Positions 8,109 to 16,575 of a stretch of 64,000 nt of DNA are shown here, in pieces. The DNA is taken from positions 2,815,937 through 2,879,936 of the forward strand of contig CBDBPN010000004.1 of the NCBI GenBank assembly GCA_965208745.1, read 5' to 3'. Source of the stretch: Pseudomonadales bacterium. GTDB lineage: Bacteria; Pseudomonadota; Gammaproteobacteria; Pseudomonadales; Azotimanducaceae. How positions within the stretch are numbered: the stretch's first letter is position 1; each line of letters starts with the position of its first letter. The translations under genes and the position numbers were made by a program. Under the pieces are notes generated by a model, which searched no databases, was not told where the DNA came from, and saw nothing but the letters and a program-made list of their open reading frames with translations.

Positions 8109-11029
8109 GTGAGCGATACCCGCCTGATCGAACGCTGGATGCCGATTTCGGCACTCGGTGAGGAGAGCGTCCGAGAACGCCGTTCCATGACGGCGTTGCC
8201 TCCGATCTACTACCTGCACGTCTGGTGGGCGAGGCGACCGCTGGTCGCGTCGCGTGCGGCGGTACTGGCTTCGATCCTTCCGGCGGATGCAGATCGCGAT
8301 CGATTTCTCCACGCTATCGGGATTCATGGTGATCCTGTGGCGACACGTCGGAAAATTGACGAGGCACGGTTGAAGGGCGAACGGTTCGAAGGGCAGGCGT
8401 ATTCGTACCCTCGGGCGTTCACTTACTGCCCCGACATGGATGAGAAGGCATGGGCAGTCTCCGGACCCCTTCGCATCCTTGATCCGACAGCGGGCGGCGG
8501 GAGCATTCCCTTCGAGGCTTCTCGTTTGGGGTTGGCCAGCTTTGCCAACGACCTGAATCCCGTGGCGGCATTCATTCTCGCCGCCACGGTCGAATGGCCT
8601 GCCCGGTTCGGCATGGCTCTCGGGACGAGCTACGCGGCTCTCGCGGAACGATACCTCGCAGAGCGTGAGCGCAAGCTGTCGCCTTACTACCCGAAGGAGC
8701 CGTCTGACACGGCGGTCGCCACCAACTGGGTGTGGGCGCGAACTATCCGTTGCCCGTACTGCGATGGACTGGTGCCACTCTCGCCGAACTGGCGGCTTGC
8801 CGGCGACGGCACCGGCGTCCGCCTTGTGCCGCACCTTGGCGATGGTCCTGGTTCGCCGAATCGGCGTTGCTCCTTCGAGATCGTCCGTTCGCAGGCCCGG
8901 CAGTCCGGCGGTACGGTTTCGCGTGGCTCCGGTACGTGCCCCTACAGCGACTGCGGTCGCGTGATCGACGGGGACGAAATCAAGGCACAAGCACAGATTG
9001 GTGGGATGGGTGACCAACTCTACGCTATCGTGTTCAAGGAGCGTGTCGAGTACGAGACTAAGACGGGCAAGAAGCGCACGAAGTGGGTACGCGGGTACAG
9101 GGCGCCGACGAACGCCGACGACAACGCTGCGGAAATTGCCGCGCGACTCCACGAGAAGCTGCAGGAGTGGGAAGCGTTCGACTACGTGCCAAGCGAGCGA
9201 TTTCCGGAAATCAGCAACGACGATCGCCCCATCCAGTACGGCATGCCGCGATGGCGAGACCTGTTCTCGCCCCGCCAGTTGCTGTCCCACGGCACCAGCG
9301 TCGAAGTGTTTCGGGAGATGCTGGATGCCGACCGGGAAGCGGGACGCCTTGACGACTTGAGGAAGGCTGCTTACGGCTACCTGGCGCTGACGCTGGACAA
9401 GTTGCTGAACTACAACTCCCGCATGTCCGTCTGGATGCCCACTCGGCAGGTTGTCGCCAATACCTTCAACCGGCACGACTTCGCCATGTGTTGGTCACAT
9501 GCGGAGATGTCGCCGCTGGTTACTGGTGTCGGCTACGACTGGGCGATCAAGCAGACTGCCAAGTGCATCGACGAACTCGTCGCGCTTGTTCGTCCGGGAG
9601 CGGCAGAGGGCGACTTGGTCTCCCAGCCTGACGCGCCTCCTTCCGTAACGATTACCTGCAAGCCAGGCGACAGCCTCGATCACGTGGAGGACGATTCCAT
9701 CGACGTCGTCGTAATGGACCCACCGTACTACGACAACGTCATGTACGCGGAACTCTCGGACTTCTTCTACGTTTGGCTGAAGCGCACAGCCGGACAGGTT
9801 TTCCCGGAACTCTTCCGCCGACAACTCACGGACAAAGAGAACGAGGCCGTCGCGAATCCCGCGAAGTTCCAGGGCGAGAAGAGCGCCAGGGCGCTCGCGG
9901 GCAGGGACTACCAGGAGCGGATGGCCTCGATCTTCGCCGAGTGCCGGCGCGTGCTGAAGCCGAACGGCGTGATGACCTTGATGTTCACGCACAAGGCGAC
10001 GGGTGCGTGGGATGCGCTGACGACTGGGCTCATCGAAGCAGGCTTCTCGATCACCGCGTCTTGGCCGGTGAACACGGAGGCCGAAGGTAGCCTTCACATC
10101 AAGGACAAGGCAGCGGCGAACAGCACGATCTTCTTGGTCTGTCGTCCGCGAGAAACGCCGGATGCCCTTGAGCTTCGCGACGCTGCGCCGGTCTACTGGG
10201 AGGATGTCGAGCCCCGTGTCACGCAGGCCGTACGGGCGCGGATGCGCGAGTTCGAGGAGGCGGGGATCTCGGGTGTCGACCTGTTTCTCGCGGCCTTCGG
10301 TCCCGCGTTGGGCGAGTTCTCGCGGCACTGGCCCTGCAGCGCGGAACGCCTCGGGAGAAGCCGCTGGAGCGGCGAAGACGGCGGCAATCGGAGTTGTTCG
10401 AGGACGAGTGGGATCCCTACGCGGCGACGCCGGAGGACGCGTTGCACGCTGCCCGCCGTGAGGTGCAGCGCTACCGACTGGAGCGCATCGCGCATCCGAG
10501 CGCTAACGCGGACCTGGATCCTCCGACAGCCTTCGTGGTCTTCGCTTGGGACGCTTTCAAGGCGCCCGTGTTCGCCTACGACGAAGCGTTGCACTTGGCG
10601 CGTAGCGTGGGCATCGATCTGGATGGTGTGGTTGTCGGGCGTTTGGCGGAGAAGAAGGGCAGCAACCTTCGGCTGTGGGACAGCGCGTACCGGGCGGCGA
10701 AAGGCGCTCTTGGTGCGACCGATGGATCGGGTGGGATGATCGACGCCATCCACCACGCGGCGAACATGGCCCGTCGGCGATCGTTGGCTACTGCTCGCGA
10801 CTTCCTGCGCGACTCCGGAATAGACCGTGAACCCGGTTTTTTCGTGGCGCTCGAGGCGCTCCTTGAGGTGCTGCCGCCGTCTTCCAAGTTCACCGGCACG
10901 GAACGCCAAGGAGATGTCGCGGGCGCCGCCAGCGATTTCGAGGCGCTCTACGACCTGTATCGGCTGGCGTACACGGAGCAGATCGACGAGCCTGAGCAAC
11001 TCGCCTTCTGGCGCGAAGAGGCGGACTAG
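8109..11029 (+). pseudogene. DUF1156/COG1743 Zn-ribbon amino-DNA methyltransferase (N6-A or N4-C class) interrupted by one frameshift near 10331-10336
   Basis: DUF1156 N-terminus (RWMPISALGEESVRERRSMTALPPIYYLHVWWARRPL). SAM motif I ILDPTAGGGSIPFEA. Zn ribbons CPYCDG ... CPYSDCG. Motif IV VVMDPPYYDNV. After EFSRHWP the 8109 frame becomes R/S/C-rich junk. Protein-like sequence resumes in the frame of ORF 10394..11029 (ALQRGTPREKPLERRRRQSELFEDEWDPYAATPEDAL...). One extra nt after TGG CCC would restore a single ~973-aa ORF. Confidence 0.8.
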
Positions 11030-11061
11030 GCGCGGCGGCCGTCGAGTCGTTTCCCATCATC

Positions 11062-14000
11062 ATGCTCCGCGACCACCACTGGAAGCTGAAGTACACGCCG
11101 GATGACGGGGACCTCGTGTCGGAGTTCTACATCCCCGCACTTGAGGACGCCGAGCGCTACGACCGGCTGACGGGTTACTTCAACGCCGGCGCGCTCGCCC
11201 TCGCCGCGCGCGGCATTGAAGGGCTGGTACGCAACGGCGGCACGATGCGTCTCGTAGTCGGTTGCACTCTCGCCCCCCCGGAAGTCGATGCGATAGAGCG
11301 TGGCGAAGAGCTTCGCGCGCACGTCGAGCGTCACCTCACGGAGCTTCCCCTGGTGGCTTCGGACTCCGATGTGAGCGAGGCTCTGGAGCTCCTTGCCTGG
11401 ATGGTGACGCACGGTCACCTTGAGGTGAAGGTTGCGGTGCCCTGCGATGCGCAAGGCGTTCCCGTTCCGGACGGCGGGCTGTTCCATGAGAAGTCGGGGA
11501 TCATCGAGGATCGCACGGGACAGAAGCTTGCTTGGACGGGCAGCCTCAACGAGACCGCCGCCGGCTGGCGCACGAACTGGGAGACCATCAACGTCTCGAC
11601 GGGTTGGGAGCACCCCGAGCGCGTCCGCCTCGAGGAGGGCAATTTCGAGCGCATGTGGTCTGGGCCCCGTGGTCGCTGGATCGTTCTGGACGTGCCCCAG
11701 GCGGTGCGGCGTGACCTGCTGCGTTTTCTGCCCAAGGACGATAAGAAGCCGGCTCGCCTACTCGATGGCGAGCAGGCAGGCGATGACACCGAGGAAGGGC
11801 AGGTACCGGTACCGGTGCCGGCCGAGGAGGAGTCGGAAGAGGACGCCAGACGACGGGCCGAGGTCTGGGAGTTCATCCGCAAGGCGCCGACACTGCCAGA
11901 CGGGGGCTCGCGCGTTGGCGAAGCGACCTCCGCGGTCACGCCGTGGCCGCACCAGGTGCGTGCCTTCGAACGGATGTACGAGAACTGGCCGCCACGCCTC
12001 CTGATCGCCGACGAGGTGGGGCTCGGCAAGACGATCCAGGCGGGGATGCTAATCCGGCAAGCCTGGATCGCCGAGCGCGCGAAGCGCGTGCTGATCCTCG
12101 CGCCGAAGGCTGTCCTGCGGCAATGGCAGATTGAACTGCGGGAGAAGTTCAACCTCAACTGGCCCATCTACGACCAAGGCAAGCTCACCTGGTATCCCTC
12201 GCCGGCGATGGTGGGACGCGATGTGCGAGAGGTTGCACCGAATGCCTGGCATCACGAAGATGCGGTGATCGTCTCCAGCCAACTCATGCGCAGGCACGAG
12301 AGGGCTGCGGAACTGCTTTCCGCAGAACGTTGGGACCTAGTGGTGCTCGACGAAGCGCACCATGCACGTCGGCGCGGTGCGGGCTCGGCGCGTGAGGAAG
12401 ATCGCCCCAACGCGCTGCTTAGCCTGATGCGCGAGTTGCGCGATCGGACGGAGGGGTTGCTTCTTCTCACGGCGACGCCGATGCAGGTGCATCAGATCGA
12501 GGTCTGGGACCTTTTGGACCTTCTGGCGATGCCCTCGGAGTGGACCGGTCAGGCGTTCGTCGACTTCTTCGAGAACGTCGTGAGGCCAGATCCTTCGACT
12601 GCCGCGATGGAGCGCATGGCGATGCTCTTCCGGGCGGCGGAAGATGCGTACGGGCCGGTGGATGAGGCCCGGGCGCAACGCGTCACCGATCTATCGGCGC
12701 TGAGAGCGCGGAAGGTAATGCGCGCGTTGCGCGACAGCGCAAGCATCCCGAGACGACGACTGGCGTCGCAGGAGAGGTCGGCCGCTCTCGCGATCATGCG
12801 TTCCCACACGCCGATCAGGCACTTGGTCTCTCGCCACACGCGGGATCTGCTTCGGCGGTACTTTGAGGCCGGGTTGCTGAAGACGCCGATTGCGGGAAGG
12901 GATGTCGAGGACCGCTTCATCGAGATGTCAGCGCCCGAGAGGGCTGTCTACGACGCTCTTGAGGACTACATCCGGACCACCTACAACCAGGCCGACGAAA
13001 GCGTTCGTAACGCGGTCGGTTTCATCATGACGGTCTATCGACGACGCCTCGCAAGCAGCTTCGCCGCGCTTGGGGCGACCCTTCGTAAGCGGTTTGATGC
13101 CGTCGGGAGCGGTGCGGACCTGTTGGCCAACGCCGAAGAAGATATCCCAGACGATGAAGCTGCGGAGGAAGCGCTCGATGTCGACGAGGTTGGCGACCTC
13201 TCTCGACAGGCGCTCTTGGCGGAGGAGCACTCGGACATTGGCGAGCTGCTGGCGAGCGTGGAGGCGTTGGCGCCCGACACCAAGCTCAGTGCGCTTATCC
13301 GGACGCTCGATCGCCTCCGTGACGACGGCTATCGCCAGGTGATGGTGTTTACGCAGTACACCGACACGATGGACTTCCTCCGGGAACGCTTGTCCGCCCA
13401 CGATGGGACGCGGCTGATGTGCTACTCGGGCCGTGGCGGCGAAACTCCCGTAGGCGGGGCGCCGAACCTCTGGCGGTCAATTTCGCGCGACGACGCTAAG
13501 CGCCGCTTCCGGGAAGGAGAAGCGGACGTGCTCCTGTGCACGGACGCTGCTGCCGAAGGTCTCAACTTCCAGTTCTGCGGCGCTTTGGTGAACTACGACA
13601 TGCCTTGGAACCCGATGCGGGTCGAGCAGCGAATCGGAAGGATCGACCGGCTTGGGCAAACGCACGAGCGCATACGGATCATCAATCTACACTACGACGA
13701 CACGGTTGAGACGGATGTCTATCGGGCGTTACGTGGGCGAATTCTCTTGTTTGAGTCTGTCGTAGGGAGACTACAGCCGATACTGGCGCGCTTGTCTGGA
13801 GCGATTGGGCAGGCTGTGCTGCATGGAGGCAAGCAGGGGCTTCCAGATGCTGTTGTAAGTGAAGTCAATGAAGCCGATGCGGGAGGCTTCGACATAGACG
13901 TGGCGTTAGACGACGAGGAGTCGATGCCGGACCGACCGGAGCCGCCTCTGACGATGCAATGGCTGGATGAGGTCATCTCATCTTTCCCGCTGATGCCTCC

Positions 14001-14193
14001 GCAGATCCAAGTGCGTCTGCTACAGGGTCGAGAGTATGCACTAAGGTGGGCAAATGTTCCCGAGGAGCTTAGGGTGACTACAGACAGCGAATACTACGAG
14101 GCCCATGCGGACAGCGTAGAACTTTGGTCACCAGCGGGAGTGGCTTTTGTCGGCCCGCAAGACGAAGGCCAGGACACAGCGTGCGAGGATTGA
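11062..14193 (+). CDS. PLD-family nuclease domain fused to SNF2/DEAD-like helicase (1043 aa)
   Basis: N-terminal single HKD-type motif (GLFHEKSGIIEDRTG ... GSLNET). SNF2 motifs I LLIADEVGLGKTIQAG, II VVLDEAHHARR and III LLLTATPMQ. C-terminal helicase motifs LLCTDAAAEGLNFQ and NYDMPWNPMRVEQRIGRIDRLGQ. Confidence 0.85.
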   Translation: MLRDHHWKLKYTPDDGDLVSEFYIPALEDAERYDRLTGYFNAGALALAARGIEGLVRNGGTMRLVVGCTLAPPEVDAIERGEELRAHVERHLTELPLVASDSDVSEALELLAWMVTHGHLEVKVAVPCDAQGVPVPDGGLFHEKSGIIEDRTGQKLAWTGSLNETAAGWRTNWETINVSTGWEHPERVRLEEGNFERMWSGPRGRWIVLDVPQAVRRDLLRFLPKDDKKPARLLDGEQAGDDTEEGQVPVPVPAEEESEEDARRRAEVWEFIRKAPTLPDGGSRVGEATSAVTPWPHQVRAFERMYENWPPRLLIADEVGLGKTIQAGMLIRQAWIAERAKRVLILAPKAVLRQWQIELREKFNLNWPIYDQGKLTWYPSPAMVGRDVREVAPNAWHHEDAVIVSSQLMRRHERAAELLSAERWDLVVLDEAHHARRRGAGSAREEDRPNALLSLMRELRDRTEGLLLLTATPMQVHQIEVWDLLDLLAMPSEWTGQAFVDFFENVVRPDPSTAAMERMAMLFRAAEDAYGPVDEARAQRVTDLSALRARKVMRALRDSASIPRRRLASQERSAALAIMRSHTPIRHLVSRHTRDLLRRYFEAGLLKTPIAGRDVEDRFIEMSAPERAVYDALEDYIRTTYNQADESVRNAVGFIMTVYRRRLASSFAALGATLRKRFDAVGSGADLLANAEEDIPDDEAAEEALDVDEVGDLSRQALLAEEHSDIGELLASVEALAPDTKLSALIRTLDRLRDDGYRQVMVFTQYTDTMDFLRERLSAHDGTRLMCYSGRGGETPVGGAPNLWRSISRDDAKRRFREGEADVLLCTDAAAEGLNFQFCGALVNYDMPWNPMRVEQRIGRIDRLGQTHERIRIINLHYDDTVETDVYRALRGRILLFESVVGRLQPILARLSGAIGQAVLHGGKQGLPDAVVSEVNEADAGGFDIDVALDDEESMPDRPEPPLTMQWLDEVISSFPLMPPQIQVRLLQGREYALRWANVPEELRVTTDSEYYEAHADSVELWSPAGVAFVGPQDEGQDTACED

Positions 14194-14196
14194 GGC

Positions 14197-14718
14197 ATGG
14201 GAATCTACCAAGGCAACCTGGACGGTCTGTGCGGCCAGTATGCCATCGCAAACGCGTTCGGATTGTGCGGCTTCGATGAAGAGGACTGTTTCCAGAGTGC
14301 CTGCCGTGGCCTGGCGCATCGCCGATGGCCGATGGCGTTGTGGGAAGGGACGACGCTAGGCGACATGAAACGAATGATTGCCCGTTGTCGGCGGGAGCTT
14401 GATGTCTTAGGCGAGGTCACTGTTCACTATCCCCTCCTTCTAGATGAACCAAAAGCGGACAAGTCGTACTGGAGACGATTCGATGCGATCTTCGAGAACA
14501 TGGAGGTTCGTTGTGGCATCATGGGACTGACACGACCAACGGCACATTGGATCGTCGTACAACGCTCGGGCAGGTCCTTGGAGTTCGTGGATTCGAATCC
14601 CGAGAGCCTGCAAGTCAGGAAGTATCGAAAGTCCATACATGCCGGTAAGCGGCCTCGATCCAAGAACCAATGGCTAGTTGACCGCAAGGAGCTAATCACA
14701 TTTACCGTGGTGACTTAG
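14197..14718 (+). CDS. Stand-alone papain-fold / peptidase C39-like cysteine peptidase domain protein (173 aa)
   Basis: Starts 3 nt after the helicase stop. YQGNLDGLCGQYAIANAF has Gln 7 residues before the candidate nucleophile Cys, followed by CG, as in C39 domains. TAHWIVVQRSGRSLEFVDSNP resembles the C39 His ... Asp-Pro block. No signal peptide or ABC-transporter fusion. Confidence 0.5.
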   Translation: MGIYQGNLDGLCGQYAIANAFGLCGFDEEDCFQSACRGLAHRRWPMALWEGTTLGDMKRMIARCRRELDVLGEVTVHYPLLLDEPKADKSYWRRFDAIFENMEVRCGIMGLTRPTAHWIVVQRSGRSLEFVDSNPESLQVRKYRKSIHAGKRPRSKNQWLVDRKELITFTVVT

Positions 14719-14945
14719 CAGCAGACTATGGGTTTCCGAGGTCTAACGCCCCCATGTACCTTGGAGCAGTGGTCGACGGGATTTGAAGGCATTGCGCAAG
14801 GATCAGATCTGGTCGCTGGCCCGCTCCGTTTCTGTGCCTGAACGAAGGCTCAACAAATCTAGGGTGGGCGGCTGTCCGGTCGACCACGGCGAAGCACCGT
14901 GTTATCGATCACGCGTGAAGTGCAAAAAGAATGGAGGAGTTGATC

Positions 14946-16106
14946 ATGGCTAACTCGATTGCTGGCGCGTCTCCAGTGGAGGTCGACGAGAATTGGGGAG
15001 TACGTTTCGGTATCGGCTGTTGGGACATCGGCCTGAGAAGGTCGGGCTCCTTCAACATCAGCGGTCGAGAGTACGTGGCAGCACTCACGGACGCCCTTGA
15101 AGCCATCGAGTCGTTGGACCATCTCAGAATCGTACTGGACCCGGTGGTAGACCTTGTCGAGCCAATTGACGAAGGCGCACTCACGGAGGTAGATGGCGGC
15201 CGCGCGATTATGGGCTTCGGCCTGCTGTCCGAGGTCAGTTTTGACTTGAACATCCCGTTTCGGCGACAGAACGAGTTAGGTGCACCGTGGTCGAGCGAGC
15301 AAACGAAAACCCGTACGTTCAGGGTACATATGCGCTACCCGTTTTACAGCCCAGTGGCCTTTGTCGAACTCGTGGGCGACAGGCCTGGCGGAATGGGCGC
15401 GAGCGGCGTAAAAGTTGTGCGGGAGTATTTGGAGGTCCAGTTGGCCGAGACGGGAGATGCTCTCGCATATGAGTCTGTCGGACCGTCGCCTTTCCATGCT
15501 GATCTAGAGATCAGGATTGGCAAGGACGCGGGGGCTGATGGTCCGCGCTTCAAATGGGAAAGGTTGGAGGCGTACGGATACGATTCGATAGTGTTCTGGT
15601 GGGGAGATACGTCGATACCGACGTCGGAGATTAGCGGACGGCTCTTCAAGGAACTGGAAGAAGAGCTTGATGTATTCTACTTGATTGCGTCGAACAATCT
15701 GAAAAAGCACTCGAGTTGGGCTCGGCTGGAGGAACTGGCCGGAGACGTCGTTGCACGTCTAAAGGAATCAGGCGTGTGGAAGAGAACGATTGGGATGCGA
15801 AAGCAGAGCCGGGATCTCGCTGCCCTATATTGCGATCTCGTCGAGTTTAGATCGCGGGAGATCGCCTTCGATCAGGAGGAGCGGTCAGCGGTGAGAACAC
15901 TATACGATAGATCATCGGAGGTTGTGTTTCGGAACGCGATTGACGCGGCAATGAAGGGGCGCAGGGTTTACTCTTGGGAACAGCTAAGAGACCTGTCAGT
16001 GTTCATGGAGGGACGAAGGTCGAAGTCGGTCGAGATGACATTGATCTTCATGTCGGCATTGGCAGGGGCGGTCGTTGGGTCGTCGATTACGTTGCTGTCG
16101 ACGTGA
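14946..16106 (+). CDS. Hypothetical protein (386 aa) with a single C-terminal TM helix; no recognisable domain
   Basis: GGAGG at 14933-14937 lies 8 nt before the ATG at 14946, which is preferred over the ATG at 14931. Protein-like composition in a lower-GC block. C-terminal hydrophobic segment MTLIFMSALAGAVVGSSITLL. Confidence 0.6.
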   Translation: MANSIAGASPVEVDENWGVRFGIGCWDIGLRRSGSFNISGREYVAALTDALEAIESLDHLRIVLDPVVDLVEPIDEGALTEVDGGRAIMGFGLLSEVSFDLNIPFRRQNELGAPWSSEQTKTRTFRVHMRYPFYSPVAFVELVGDRPGGMGASGVKVVREYLEVQLAETGDALAYESVGPSPFHADLEIRIGKDAGADGPRFKWERLEAYGYDSIVFWWGDTSIPTSEISGRLFKELEEELDVFYLIASNNLKKHSSWARLEELAGDVVARLKESGVWKRTIGMRKQSRDLAALYCDLVEFRSREIAFDQEERSAVRTLYDRSSEVVFRNAIDAAMKGRRVYSWEQLRDLSVFMEGRRSKSVEMTLIFMSALAGAVVGSSITLLST

Positions 16107-16492
16107 AGTGACATGGATGAAGTCAGAGGGGTTTGCGGTCAGTGTGTGTTGAGCCTCAGTCACACCGGAGATTGGGACGAGGCAAGTGGCCCGGTCTCGT
16201 AGGGCTTGGCTCCGAAGGAGCTATTCCGCAAGAGGAACGCCGGCCGGCCGCCGTTCCTCGAGGGGTGGCGAGCAGTCGGGAATATGGAGCAGCGTCGCGG
16301 CGGTTTTGTTGGGGCCCACGAGGCTCGAAGGCACCGAGGGGCAAGCTGGCGGGCAGTTCCTTTGCCGATGCGGCACGCGGTGGACGGAGGAGGAGGGCGC
16401 CGGGTCCCTACGACGGGGCGATTGGGTCGATTGCGGGGGAGGTGGAGAAGTCGGCTATGGGAGGCTCCCATGCATGGAGGCCGGGCAATGTG

Positions 16493-16522
16493 TTGCTGCC
16501 GAGGGCCCGCATCTCGTAGAAT
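16493..16522 (+). promoter_or_regulatory. Candidate sigma70 promoter of carAB (TTGCTG - 18 nt - TAGAAT)
   Basis: -35-like element at 16493-16498 and -10-like element at 16517-16522. The predicted start would fall just 5' of the hairpin at 16531. Confidence 0.3.
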
Positions 16523-16530
16523 CCCCCGTC

Positions 16531-16560
16531 AGCCGTCGAGTCGTGGCCGACGGCTTTTTT
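16531..16560 (+). terminator. Intrinsic-terminator-like hairpin plus T6 in the carA leader (possible attenuator)
   Basis: 8-bp stem AGCCGTCG (16531-16538) / CGACGGCT (16548-16555), 9-nt loop, and a T run at 16555-16560. It ends 15 nt before the carA TTG start. Confidence 0.55.
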
Positions 16561-16575
16561 GTACAGGAACGCTGA

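Noticed and set aside
10394-11029. ORF 10394..11029 as an independent 211-aa gene downstream of the methylase.
   Set aside because: Its frame is protein-like well upstream of the nominal TTG start, back to about 10331, exactly where the 8109 frame degenerates. It is the displaced C-terminus of the DUF1156 methylase, not a separate gene.
1-16500. Calling the island a mobile genetic element (integrative island, prophage or transposon).
   Set aside because: No integrase, transposase, recombinase, terminal inverted repeats or flanking tRNA/att duplication are visible in the window. The left boundary is outside the window. Only compositional and gene-content evidence for horizontal origin exists.
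16133-16530. ORFs 16133..16519, 16186..16575 and 16206..16607 (+) and 16160..16471 (-) between the island and carA. Also a 28-nt inverted repeat at 16232-16259 (GAGGAACG...CGTTCCTC).
   Set aside because: The translations are G/R-rich with no motifs, and several frames are open simultaneously, which is a high-GC artefact. The inverted repeat has no T run and no obvious partner. I could not support an att site or gene here.
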